Origin: Mobula hypostoma
Lineage: Eukaryota
Length of the DNA: 64,000 bases
Assembly: GCF_963921235.1 (NCBI RefSeq)
Contig: NC_086097.1
Coordinates: forward strand, 140,556,001 to 140,620,000
Direction of reading: 5' to 3'
Shown: piece after piece, positions 38,041 to 52,000 of the stretch
Layout: the number at the start of each line of letters is the position of its first letter
Position numbering within the stretch: position 1 is the stretch's first letter
Position numbers and translations under genes: made by a program
Notes under the pieces: generated by a model
Databases searched by the model: none
Seen by the model: the letters and a program-made list of their open reading frames with translations, nothing else
What the model was told of the DNA's origin: nothing

Positions 38041-40269
38041 ATAGAATAGTGTGGGTGAGGTGGCTGGTGTAGTATCTATAGGAGACATTAGGTTGACATC
38101 TATGTTGTACGATGGTAACACAATGATTAGGAATCAAAGGACAAGAGGTCTTATCCTGCCATAGCACCCGTGTGTTTAAATTCAGTTAAATAAATTATAT
38201 GTATTGGTGTTCATAAACTTATCAGATGGTTCTTTTTAATTAGAATCCAGTTCTGTAACATTCGTCAGCACATTTGAATGCCTATTCTGCTATTTGATGG
38301 CATCATGGTTGATGTTTTACATCAACACTTTGCTAACCCTAAAACCTTGGTGGAATTTTGGATATTAATCTTGGTTGTGAATGTAGCCAGCAACTGAACT
38401 TTTGCACCTTACTTAAGCTGAGAATTCCAAAGGGTCCCAGCCTCTGGGGCAGGAAGACATTTTGTGTTAGCTCAGCTCTGAATGGCTCAGCCTGTGATCT
38501 GTAGTTTTAGACATCCCAGCCAAGTGAAATCTCATCCTCCACTTAACCTCTCAAGCCCAGTAAGAAGTTTACATGGTTCAATGAGATTGCTGCACATTCC
38601 TCAAAACTAATGAGGCCTAGCCTGTTTATTTTCTTGGAATATTTATTTATAGATTTAGGATATATTACCTTGCCTGCATCCCAGGAATTAAACTTCGCAT
38701 TTCCCCTTGGTATAGAATAGCATATAATTGGGCCCATTAGCCCATCCTGTCCCTACCACCCATCTACACTCATCCTTTTTTACCAACACTTAGTCTATCT
38801 CTGCGCTGATGATTCTGCAACCTGAGAGATCAAATATTTATGGTCTCACCAGTAAAATACCTGCACACTTCAATTCAGATCCTCATACAATCAAGGCAAA
38901 TGTTGCCTTTTTCCTTTGTAAATATATATATTTAATACTGCCTCACCAAGAGTGACAGCTTGCATTATTAACTATTGGTGAAGTCTCTCCTGGGTTGACT
39001 ACTAGGATAGGTAAGTGGTCTGTGCCCAGAATCTTTGATTAAGAGGGTATTGAGTAATATGTGCTCTAAGCTCTGCCTCTTTATTAAAATATCACACGCC
39101 ACAGCAAACATACCTTCCCTAGCCAATCACACATACTGCCTCTGTATGACATTATAGTTTAAGGGATAATGTCCTCTAAACGGATGTGCTGTTCAATGAA
39201 TAAATTCAGAATACATACAGTGAATAAAGCATTCTTTGAACATAAGAAATGCCATAATATAATTTACAAAAACCCAAATATTTAATGAAAATAACACCAC
39301 AGATGAAGCACAGTTTTTTCCCACACCTGAACACACTGTTGTTTGAATGTATACAGAAAAATCATTTGTGCCTTTAAAGCAAATGAACTGTTTCAGTGTT
39401 TACCAAGAGCAAAAATTCTACATAAAAACAAATTTGATAAAGAACCTTCCTAACCCCAGTATCTAACTTGTACCCCCCAAAAAAAGCAAAGTTTCACCAC
39501 GATTCTGGTGAATCAATTTTTAAATTTAAAAGTGAAGCTGATTAGTAAAATAACAAGGGTTGGATTTTTAAGGAAATGTGTCACAGTGAATTAAAGTCTC
39601 TAAATTATTAAACGGATATTATGATGAACGATCCTGAATTAGATACCACCTTCATTGGGTGACATAGAACTAAATAATTACTACATTTTCAAGGGGTTGC
39701 CTTTGGGATGCTTTGAAGTCAAAGACTCATCAAAAAGATTTAAAAATCTTAAGTGCTTCTTGGACTTGAACATGGAGGAAGTTTTCTTTGACTCCCATTT
39801 GGATCAAGTTGGAAAATTGAGTTCTGAGCTTTGAGTACTGGGGTGAAAATAAGGCCCCTGCAGAGAGTGTATTCAGCAGTATTCACTGCATCCCAGGGTT
39901 TTGGTGGTGGGATTAATTTTGAAAATCAGTTACACAGGTTTCACATATTCCTGAGGTGATGAAAATGTTAAAAATTTGATAGCATTATTGAGATTATTTC
40001 CTCTGGTGGTTGGAATCCAGAAAAGTAGAAAATCTTAACACGAGATAGTTGTATAACATAAGTCACTACTCTTTCAAAGTTCTCCCAGTTTAGGAATCGT
40101 TCATTTAGAGTAGGAAATTGTGCATATGACTCTGCTATTTCAGAAAAGTGAGAGGCAGACTTAAGGTAATTATAGAGCAGTCAGAAAATTGCTCGGTGGC
40201 TGTAATTAAGAAAAGTGTGACTCAAGACATATTTTCAGTTGATCAGAGAGGTAGTATGGAACAATTACA

Positions 40270-40630
40270 CAGAGTGCTGTCACAGAAAAGCAGCATCCAT
40301 CATCAGGTGCCCCCACCACCTAATCATGCTCTCTTCTCGCTGCTGTCATCAGGAAGAAGGTACAGGAGCCTCAGACTTCACTCCACCAGGTTCAGGAACA
40401 GTTATTACCCCTCAAGCATCAGGCTCTTGAACCAGAGGGGATAACTTCACTTGCCCCATCACTAAACTGTTCCTACAACCTATGGACTCACTTTCAAGGT
40501 ACTCTTCATCTCATGTTCTCGATATTTATTGCTTATTTATTATTATTACTATTTCTTATTTGCTTTCTTTCTGTACTCGCACAATTTGTTGTCTTTTGCA
40601 CACTGGTTATCACCCTTTTGGTTTAGTCCT
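40270..40630 (+). mobile_element. Rex/Babar LINE 3' fragment; tail resumes at 43131-43235 after a CR1 insertion
   Basis: HALFSLLSSGRRYRSLR..TRFRNSYYP; tail homologous to 2340-2520, 3720-3890 and 4209-4250. Confidence 0.8.
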
Positions 40631-43130
40631 AGTAGTTAAAATTGGCATCTCACAAAGGTAATTCTACGGTTGTTATGGGGGATTTCAACATGCAGGTAGA
40701 CTGGGATAATCAGGTTGGTACTGGACCCAAGAAAGGGAGTTTGTGGAATGCCTCAGAGTTGGATTCTTAGAGCAGCTTGTATTAGAGCCTACCAGGGAGA
40801 AGGCAATTCTGGATTTAGTGTTGTGTAATGAGCCAGATTTGATAAGGGAACTTGAGGTAAAGGAGCCATTACGAGGTAGTGACCATAATATGATAAGTTT
40901 TAATGTACAATTTGAGAGGGAGAAGGGAAAATCGTAAGTGTCAGTATTACAGTTGAACAAAGGGGACTATGGACCCTTGAGGGAGGAGCTGGCTAATATT
41001 GACTGGAAAGATACCCTAGCAGGGATGACAGTGGAACAACAATGGCAGGTATTTCTGTTAATAATACAGAAGGTGCAGGATCAGTTCATTCCAAAGAGGA
41101 AGAAAGACTCTAACGGGAGTAAGGGGTGACCATGGATGTTAAGTGAAGTCAAGAACAGTATAAAAATAAAAGAGAGGAAGTATAACATAGCAAGGATAAG
41201 CGGGAAGCCAGAGGATTGGGAAACTTTTAAGGACCAACAGAGGATAACTAAAAAGGCTATATCGGGGGAAAAGATGAGGTACAAAGGTAAGCTAGCCAAG
41301 AATATAAAGGAGGATAGTAAAAGCTTCTTTAGGTATGTGAAGAGGAAAAAATCGGTTAAGACCAAAGTTGAGCCCTTGAAGACAGAAACGGGTGAAATTA
41401 TTATGAGGAACAAGGAAATGGCAGACGAGCTGAACAGGTACTTTGGATCTGTCTTCACTAGGGAAGATACAAACAATCTCCCAGATGTAATAGTGGCCAG
41501 AGGACCTAGGGTAACGGAGGAACTGAAGGAAATTCGCATTAGGCAGAAAATGGTGTTGGGTGAACTGATGGGACTGAAGGCTGATAAATCCCCAGGGCCT
41601 GATGGTCTGCATCCCAGGGTACTTAAGGAGGTGGCTCTAGAAATCGTGGATGCATTGGTAATCATTTCCCAATGTTCTATAGATTCAGGATCAGTTCCTG
41701 CGGATTGGAGGGTAGCTAATCTTACCCCACTTTTTAAGAAAGGAGGGAGAGAGAAAACAGGCAATTATACACCAGTTAGTCTGACATCAGTGGTGGGGAA
41801 GATGCTGGAGTCAATTATAAAAGATGAAGTAGCAGCATATTTGGATGGCAGTAGCAGGATAGGTCCGAGTCAGCATGGATTTACTAAAGGGAAATCACGC
41901 TTGACTAATCTTGTGGAATTTTTTGGATATAACTATAAAAATGGACATGGGAAAGCCAGTGTACCTGGACTTTCAGAAAGCCTTTGATAAAGGTCCCACA
42001 TAGGAGGTTAGTGGGCAAAATTAAAGCACATGGTATTGGGGGTAGGGTACTGACATGGATAGAAAATTGGTTGGCAGACAGGAAACAAAGAGTAGGGATT
42101 AACGGGTCCTTTTCAGAATGGCAGGCAGTGACTAGTGGAGTACCGCAAGGCTTGGTGCTGGGACCGCAGCTATTTACAATATACATTAATGATTTAGATG
42201 AAGGGATTAAAAGTAACATTTGCAAATTTGCAGATGACACAAAGCTGGGTGACAGTGTGAAATGTGAAGAGGATGTTATGAAAATGCAGGGTGACTTGCA
42301 CAGGTTGGGTGAGTGGGCAGATGCAGTTTAATGTGGATAAATGTGGTTATCCATTTTGGTGACAAGAACAGGAAGGCAGATTACTATCTGAATGGTGTCA
42401 AGTTAGGAAAAGGGGAAGTACAGCGAGAGCTGGGTGTCCTTGTTCATCAGTCACTAGAAGTAAGCATACAGGCACAGCAGGCAGTGAAGAAAGCTAATGG
42501 TATGTTGGCCTTCATAACAAGAGGAGCAGAGTATAGGAGCAAAGAAGTCCTTCTGCAGTTGTACAAGGCCCTGGTGAGACCCCACCTGGAGTATTGTGTG
42601 CAGTTTTGGTCTCCAAATTTGAGGAAGGACATTCTTGCTATGGAGGGAGTGCAGCGTAGTTTCACTGGGTTAATTCCAGGGATGGCAGGAATGTCATATG
42701 TTGAAAGATTAGAGCGACTGGGCTTGTATACACTGGAATTTAGAAGGATGACAGGGGAGCTGATTGTAACATATAAGATTATTAAGGGATTGGACACGCT
42801 AGAGGCAGGAGACATGTTCCCGATGTTGGGGGAGTCCAGAACCAGAGGCCGCAGTTTAAGAAAAAGGGGTAGACCATTTAGAACGGAGTTGAGGAAAAAC
42901 TTTTTCACACAGAGGGTTGTGGATCTGTGAAATGCTCTGCCTCAGAAGGCAGTGGAGGCCAATTCTCTGGATTCTTTCAAGAAAGAGATAGAGCTCTTAA
43001 AGATAGCAGTCAAGGGATATGGGGAGGAGGCAGAAACAGGGTACTGATTGTGGATGATCAGCCATGATCACAGTGAATGGTGGTGCTGGCTCGAAAGGCC
43101 GAATAGCCTACTCCTGCACCTATTGTCTAT
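40631..43130 (+). mobile_element. CR1 LINE ORF2, 5'-truncated (part of endonuclease plus RT), disrupted
   Basis: [68 protein letters not shown]; ctattg-type tail. Confidence 0.93.
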
Positions 43131-44279
43131 CTTTGATTCTATTATGGTTTATTGAGTATGCCTGCAAGAAAATGAATTTCAGGGCTGAATATGGTGATAT
43201 ATGTACTTTGATAATAAGTTAACTTTGAACTTTAAAGTTAGGACATGCAGGTTATGTTTGAGGTAACTAAAATAGCAGTGTACTGTCTAATGTCATCAAT
43301 CTGAACAGTTGAACAGCTGGCACAAATTGAAGCTTGAGGAGTTTACTGACCTGGTCAGGAAAATGGCTAAGTTGTAAGAGACAAAGTAGGTAGGTGTTCA
43401 CTGCATAGATGTGACTTGTGGTCTCCCCAAGTATCTGTGACACAACTCTAACTACTAACATTTATTAACAAAACTCAGTTGATGGAATAGAATACTACAT
43501 TTCTAGCTTTGTGATGATACAAAGGGCCATATATTACTAAAGTAAGCATAAAGGATTGAACAAATGGCCAGAATTCCATCCAGTCGAAATCTGCTGATTT
43601 TACATGCGAACTGTTTGAAGAAAGTGCGTGCTAAATGGTATAGTGTATAGTTTGGTCACAGGATAGTGATAGCACTGACAGCTGCAGATGAAACTGGCTG
43701 AGCTGTAAATTCTGGCTATGGAGAGAGAGTGTTTGCTTTGGATTGGAGAAGACCAAGGAGAAATTTTAAGCTAGAGCAGAGCTTGATTTATGATAGCTGG
43801 TTAAAACAATGGGAAACAGGTTTTTATCAATGTGCTGTTTTGAGGATTTAGTGAGGAGAACTCACTACTCAGAATGATAGGCAAGGGAGAAACTCTTCTT
43901 CCATTTAAAAAGTATTGGACAGCACTTGTCCTAATTAGAGTATCCTAATAATCAGGGTTCCAGACTAAGAGCTCAAAGTGAGATTGTACTAGGGTAAACC
44001 TTTGACCAGCATCATCACAATGGGCCAAGTGACCTCCGTGCATAAATCTATTAATGTAACAGGGTCAATATTCCTTTAATTTCCCCATTTTCATTTCACA
44101 CCAGTCCCAGAGAAGTAAAAATATTGCCAGGATTAAAAGATGGTTGTAAGAAACCATAGAACCTCTGCTGACCGTAGACAGCATTTGTCAATCATCACCA
44201 CATGCAAGCTCACAAACAAGTTCAAGCCCTGCATACCAATTATCCACAATGGTACAAAAAGAGACCAGGGTATTAAATC

Positions 44280-44815
44280 ACAAACAAGAGAAAGTCTGCA
44301 GACGCTGGAAATCTGAGCAACACACAAAATGCTGGAGGAGCTCAGCAGGTCAGGCAGCAACAATGGAAAAAAGTACAGACGACATTTTGGGTTGAAACCC
44401 TTCAACAGGACTGGAGAAAAAAAGCTGACGAGTAGATTTGAAAGGTGGGGAGAGGGGAAAGAGAAACGCCAGGTGATAGGTGAAACTTGGAGGGGGAGGG
44501 ATGAAGCAAAGAGCTGGGAAGTTGATTGGTGAAAGAGACAGAAGGCCATTGAAGAAAGGGGGGGGGGGAAGGAGCACCAGAGGGAGGCGATGGGTGGGCA
44601 AGGAGATAATATGAGAGAGGGACAAGGGGATGGGAAATGGTGGAGGAGGGGGAGAGGTGGTAGAGGCATTGCTGGAAGTTTGAGAAATCGATGTTCATGC
44701 CATCAGGTTGGAGACTACCCAAACAGAATATATGGTGTTGTTCCTCCAATCTAAGTGTGGCCTTATCACGACAGAAGAGGCGGCCTTGGATGGACATATT
44801 GGAATGGGAATGGTA
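44280..44815 (-). mobile_element. Penelope-like element 3' fragment
   Basis: [29 protein letters not shown] plus the shared terminal motif. Confidence 0.8.
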
Positions 44816-45892
44816 TTAACTCAGGAAGGCTTTGGGTCTTTGTACCTTGTACGGTGATATGTATCACCTTTACCTCTAAAGCTGAGCAGGGCAGAAAGTA
44901 AAATGGTTATGCAATTTGGAATTTGTTAGAAACAGACACAACTTCAACCTAACTGGAGTCTCTGCAGAAGCAAAAAACTGCATGTGATAAAAATTTGAAC
45001 CAGAAAATGCTGGAAATATAAGGCACATTGGTCAGCATCTTTGGAGAGAGAAACTATATTATAAAGTTTCAGACTTCAAATAATCAAGCTGACTTTCAAA
45101 GATACTACCTGACCTGCTCAGTTTTTCCAAAATTTTCTCATTTTATTTCTATCTCTCAGATCCTGATTTGACATTTGCAGATAAAACCCTGGGTGTGGGA
45201 GGAGGTGAGGTTCTCCTGTAGCAAGTGTGAATCTATGATTCTAATCCATTAAATGTTATGATGGTGAATGTATCCCCATAACCTGGCGCAAAATCACACA
45301 AATAGAACGTGCTCAGGAACTCTATTCATTTTAAGCTCTGAAGTTACGTCTCCCTTTTTGGAAAAAAAAGGTTGAAGCACAATTACCGCACTGGGTAATG
45401 CTTTTGCATCTCCTGTTTGCAGTTGTAGTATTCTAGTCTAACTGAGTCACCTGGATACAACTTAGCTAAATATGAGTAATTCTCAAGCAATACAGAACAT
45501 ACAAGTTAGAAGGAATTCCACTTGCATGTGAAAACATTGTTTGGTGTTCTTGAGCAAAGGCTGACAGATGTTGATATTCTTGACGTAAATTTAGATCTTA
45601 AAAAGGACTAATTTGGAGTGTATGAAATGAGGGGTTGGGGGAAGATGAATTTCTTCAAACACTGACAAAAATAAAATGTGGAAAGAAAATGCTAAAAAAA
45701 AAGATGCACATGTTCCGTGTTCTCAGGGGCTGAATGAACACTGTATTGACTCCAGTTACGCATGAGCAATTGGGAATTGATGATTAAAGATAACTGTTAT
45801 CCATAATGCTGTAGATGAGAAATATGGACAGGAACCCAACAGTTAACCCATTACTCTCCACTCAACAGCAGCACTGTTATGCAACCTTGGCT

Positions 45893-46072
45893 CTACAGCT
45901 CATCATGTTTGGAACTCTCCTGATCCTTCAGCTTGAATTCGTCAACTGTTATTTTGCCATCCCCGTTCCGGTCCTGGTTGGAGAACATGTTCTCAATTAT
46001 CTTATCTGGAGAAAAGCCAGGGGCTAGTTTCCCATGACCACTGTCCACTTGGGCCTGGATATACTTTGAAAA
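45893..46072 (-). CDS. FKBP9: FKBP9 last coding exon FSKYIQAQV...[27 protein letters not shown]
   Basis: ttacag|TTT, EF-hand 2, HDEL ER-retention signal, TAG at 45893-45895. Confidence 0.95.
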   Translation of the reverse strand, partial: FSKYIQAQVDSGHGKLAPGFSPDKIIENMFSNQDRNGDGKITVDEFKLKDQESSKHDEL

Positions 46073-49000
46073 CTGTAACAAGAAAGAAGTAAAGACATGA
46101 GAGGTTGGACTAAAACCAGAAAAGTAGCTCCCTAGGCTGGAGACAGAGCAGGACCTTACAGTATGTGTATTTGTGACTCAATGGATTACACACCCTCATC
46201 TGACTCACGGCATCAATTCCCACTCAAGTAAATAAACCAAAAGACTACAGATGCTGGAAAACAGAAAATGTTGGAAACACTCAGCAGACCAGGCAGCATC
46301 TTTGGAAAGAGAAACAGGTTTAATGTGTCAAGTTGAAAATACAGTGTGTTTCCAGAATTTTCTGTCTTCCTCCAGGTCATCATTGAGACTAAACCTGGAG
46401 TTAGACCCAGAGCTGATTAAGGATCAGCAACATATTAACAAACTGGAGTGGGAGGAGAGGCCGCCCATTTTGGTTTCTCATCCTGGCAGTCGAAAGTTCG
46501 GGAGGTGCTGTGAGAGTAGTTTGGCATTTTATGTTGCACCAGTTCTGGAGGCAATGACTGTTCAGAGAGAAACACCATTGGTTATTAAATGCTTTGAAAT
46601 ATCTTGACATGATAGAGGATCTAATAAATCTGTTCCGTCCCTTTATACCATTACCACTGGCACAGAACATAATTGGAAAATAATTCCCTCCGGAAGTGAA
46701 ATATCGCAGGCACTGAAAATCTATTAAAAATAAAGAGTCTGGTTCATGTGCTGAGTATTAACAGCATTTTCAGTTCTTGTAACCTTTCCCTATCTGGAGC
46801 AGGCATTCATTGTGATTAAGTCACATGATTTACTCTACATAACCTACCTCCACTGGATGTCAATACAGCAAACATTGCACAGCTAACCACTCCCATAACT
46901 CCTTATTGTTACGGACCTACCGCGAGGGCAGACAGAGGAGGGGTTCTTTAATCTTCATATTGTAAATCCTTTGACTGTGGATATTAGTTTTTACTACACC
47001 CAAGACCAAGGCTTATAAATAATAGGACACCCAGGATTTGTGGATTAGGCAGAAAGTGACAGTTAGAATCAGCAATGGTCTTGCTGTATCAGAGTTGAGT
47101 TCTTGTCCACCTGCTGCTGCTTCCATATTGTTACATAACAGGCTCACAAATCAGAGAGTGACACCACACAGAAACCGGGCCTTTGACCCAATTCATCCAT
47201 GCCAATCAAGTGGTCTGCCTAAGTTAGACCCATTTGTCTGTATCTGGCCCGTATCCCACTAATCCCGCCCTATCCCTGTTCCTGTCCAAGTGCTTATAAT
47301 ACATTGTAATAACGAATATCTCTACCATTTCCTCTGGCATCTCATTTCATATACCGTCTTCCTCTACATATAAAATTACCCCTCAAGTGCTCTTTAAATC
47401 TATCCCCTCTCACCTTAAACCCTCTAGATTTAGGACTCCCCTGGAGAAAGGACTGTGGCTATTACTTTACCTATGCCCCTCTAGATTTTATAAATCAAAA
47501 TTATTTTATGAACACCTGTGAGTGTTAAGGAGTGGTTTAGGGCACTGTGTTTCTAGAGATAAACCTCTACCTGCTGAAATTGTAAACTGGTGGGCCACGT
47601 GAACATCAAGCAAACCCACATACTCCTAAACAAGTGATTCCACTGCTTCGAACACCCTCCACCCCCACCCTTCTTCTACCCAACCCTCACCCTATCTCCA
47701 ACACCCCCACCCTCCTCAACCCCATCCTATGGCCACACATACCTCTGCCATTCTTTCCAACCCCACCCCATCCCTAATACCCCTCCATCATCATCCCCTG
47801 CCCAACCTCAACATCTCTATTCAATCCTCACCAATCCCACCCTATGACACCCACAACTCTCCAGCATCTCTTCAAACCCCACCTCTCCCCTCCCCATCCT
47901 CTCCAAACCTCATCCCTCCCCTCCCCATCTGCTCCAACCCTCACTCCTCCCCTCCCCTACCCCACCCTCTCCATATCCCACCATCCCCAGCCCCCAGTCC
48001 ATCCCCCATCCTCTCCAATCCCCACCCCTCCCCATCCTCTCCAATCCGCACCCCTCCCATCCTCTCCAATCTGCACTCCTCCCATCCTCTCCAATCTGCA
48101 CTCCTCCCCATCCTCTCCAACCCCCACCTTTCCCCATCCTCTCCAACCCCCACCTTTCCCCAACCTCTCCAACCCCCACCCTTCCCCACCCACTCCAACC
48201 CTCAGCCCCCATCCCTTCCAACCCCCACCATTCCCACGCTCTCCAACCCCCACCCAGCCTCCACCCCTCCCCATCCTCTCCAACCCCCATGCTGTCCCCA
48301 ACACCTCACCAAGCCCCACCCCGTCCCCCACCCCTCTTCCTTGCACCCCAATCCCCACTTCTCCCACATTTCAGTGATTGATAATTTTACCTCCTCTGAA
48401 GTGATTTCGTTGTTTCCATCTTTGTCTATTTCCTGGAAGATGTCTGGTGACACCTCTTCATTCCAAACAAACATGTACCCCTCTGGGAGACCAGTGACCA
48501 ATTCTATCAGTTCCACTTCAAAGACAAGTACTGCACTGCCAGGAACCTCTCCCGCTGTAGGACAGGAGACAGAGAGAATGGAAACAGGCCATTCAGCCCA
48601 CAGAGTCCATGCTGGCCATTAGGCACTCACGTTAGCACTCCCGGTAACTTCCATCCCAACAACAGGAAGCAGATCATCTCACTCTCCTTCCCTGTCACTC
48701 CTGCAGACACACACCCAGGAATGATGGGGGAAGATCAGAGTCACTACTTCCAGATTCTTGTACTGGTAACATTCAGAAATCACAGCCTTTCAGTGTCTCT
48801 ACATCCCAGAGCTAAATGTTACCTTCAATGTGACCCATGAATTCATAGTTTCCACAGTATAAATCAACATTGTTTCACTGATAGTCTGGGAAGCAATGGG
48901 TGAATCGAGTAAACTCTTGGTGGAGCAACTGCAAGAATATAGAAGAACTTCAACCACGTCAACTTGAGGGGCCAAATGGCCTCCTGTGCCATCCCAATGT

Positions 49001-52000
49001 CATTGTTAATCATTTAGAGTGTTACTGGGCAACAGTGGAGTTTTGACATTGCAAATCAAGTCAATCACAGTTGAGATTTACCCGAACTTGATTATGCTTG
49101 TGACCAAGGATCAAGCTGCATCAGTCACAACTTGTGTTGCATGTTGCCATATAAAAGTTTTTGACCAAACCGTAGTAGTAATCTGCTACGTACCAAGCCC
49201 TTTCTCTCCATAGCCCAGGTGAGGTGGGATTATGATAGTCCGTCTCTCTTCAACACACATGTCAGTGAGACCCATGTCCATCCCAATGACCACTTGACCA
49301 GATCCCAGAACAACGTTGTATGTTTTTCCATAGTTGTGACTGAAAAGAATTGGGACATAAATGGAGACAGCATAGAATCATCGTGATATAGCATATAAAC
49401 AGGCTCTATAGCCCATCGAGCCTGCTCCAACCATCAGGCACCCGTTTAACTATTTTATTCTCTGCACATTCCTATAATCTTCTAAAGATCAGTGGTAGAG
49501 AAATAAAAATGCAGGCACACAACTGATACATAAACACAAAATCCTCTGCAGATGCTGGGGTCAAAGCAACACGCACAACAGGCTGGAGGATACAACTGAT
49601 ACAGTTGGCCAGCAATATACTGTATGTAACTTCCATCAACATCTTCACCCCCATGGTCATGCAACAAACCTCAGCTGATAGCTGTAACATGCAGCCTGCA
49701 CACAGGCACCAAGGTCAAGATTAATTTCTCTTCCATAGAGAGGGGAGAGGGGACAGGAAACAGGAAAATGGAAAAGCAGAGATGATAGAGGGAGGGAGAA
49801 ACAGAGGAGAGGAACATAAGTAAGACGGACTCAATGAAGAGAAAGAGGAGAGAGAGAGAAACGAAGAGACAAATCTCTGAAATACCTTGACCCAGAGATC
49901 AGAAAACCATGAAGTTAGTTATTCCAGGACAGAATCATGTGCCAGGTATGGCAGACTGGGCATCTGGTGCCGTAGACCAGGGTCAGGTATCACAAACCAC
50001 AAGTCTGTTAATCAGCAACAAATGCTAATGTGCATGCACAGGGTTAATAGTCTGAAGCTGAGGGAACGCCCATTGGGTTATGTGCTTATCTCAACATCTG
50101 TTTTTTAAATGGTAACAGATTTCTGGATTTCCACATCAGCATTCAGCAGAGAAATGTAGGATTCAGGGCAGAGGCAGCATCGAGTGCAAACCTTCCTGAC
50201 TGCTTCTGAATGACAGAGAGCCAACTCACACCACTTCTGAAAGACAGAGAGTCAGCTCACACCACTTCTGAAAGACAGAGAGCCAGCTCACACCACAGAC
50301 ATACAAAAGACCAGCTAGTAATCCAGAGGAACTGCAGCCCATCTCCCAGAAACAACATCCGCAAGCAGGTCATTCAGCCACCAGACCCTGCTGTACTTTA
50401 TAACCATATAACAATTACAGCATGGAAACAGGCCATCTCGGCCCTTCTAGTCCGTGCCGAACTCTTACTCTCACCTACTCGCACCAACCTGCACTCAGCC
50501 CATAACCCTCCATTCCTTTCCTGTCCATATAGCTGTCCAATTTAACTTTAAATGACAACATCATACCTACCTCAACCACTTCTGCTGGAAGCTCGTTCCA
50601 CACAGCTACCACTATCTGAGTAAAGAAGTTCCCCCTCATGTTACCCCTAAACTTTTGCCGTTTAACTCTCAACTCATGTCCTCTTGTTTGAATCTCCCCC
50701 ACTCTCAATGGAAAAAGCCTATCCACGTCAACTCTATCTATCCCCCTCATAATTTTAAATACCTCTATCAAGTACACCCTCAACCTTTTACGCTCCAAAG
50801 AATAAAGACCCAACTTGTTCAATCTTTCTCTGTAACTTAGGAGAGGAAACCCAGGTAACATTCTAGTAAATCTTCTCTGTACTCTCTCAATTTTGTTGAC
50901 ATCTTTTCTATAATTTGGTGACCAGTACTGTACACAATACTCCAAATTTGACCTTACCAATGCCTTGTACAATTTCAACATTACATCCCAACTCCTATAC
51001 TCAATGCTCTGATTTATAAAGGCCAGCATACCAAAAGCTTTCTTCACCACCCTATCCACATGAGATTCCACCTTCAGGGAACTATGCACCATTATTCCTG
51101 GATCCCTCTGTTCCACTGCATTCTTCAATGCCCTACCATTTACCATGTATGTCCTATTTTGATTAGTCCTACCAAAATGTAGCACTTCACATTTATCAGC
51201 ATTAAACTCCATCTGCCATCTTTCAGCCCACTCTTCTAACTGACCTAAATTTCTCTGCAAGCTTTGAAAACCTACTTCATTATCCACAACTCCACCTATC
51301 TTAGTTATTCATCTGCATACTTACTAATCCAATTTACCACCCCATCATTAATATATATGACAAACAACATTGGACCCAGTACAGATCCCTGAGGCATACC
51401 ACTAGACACCGGCCTCCAATCTGACGAACAGTTATCCACCACTACTCTCTGGTGTCTCCTATCCAGCCACTGCTGAATCTATTTTACTACTTCAATATTA
51501 ATACCCAACGATTGAACCTTCCTAACTAACCTTCCATGTGGAACCTTGTCAAAGGCTTTACTGAAGTCCATATAGACAACATCCACCGCTTTACCCTCAT
51601 CAACTTTCCGAGTAACCTCTTCAAAAATTCAATAAGATTTGTCAAATGATCTTCCACGCACAAATCCATGTTGACTGTTCCTAATCAGACCCTGTCTATC
51701 TAGGTAATTATATATACCATCTCTAAGAATACTTTCCATCAATTTACCCACCACTGAAGTCAAACTCACAGGCCGATAATTGCTAGGTTTACTCTTAGAA
51801 CCCTTTTTAAACAATGGAACAACATGAGCAATATGCCAATCCTCCGGCACCATCCCCGTTTCTAATGACATTTGAAATATTTCTGTCAGAGCCCCTGCTA
51901 TTTCCACACTAACTTCCCTCCAGTTCTCAGGGAATTTTCTGTCAGGACCCGGAGACTTATCCACTTTTATATTCCTTAGAAGTGCCAGTACTTCCCCTTC

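Noticed and set aside
47729..48622. 297-aa Pro-rich ORF and Gly-rich antisense ORFs
   Set aside because: Produced by the C-rich repeat lacking stop codons. The only real coding part is FKBP9 exon 9 on the minus strand.
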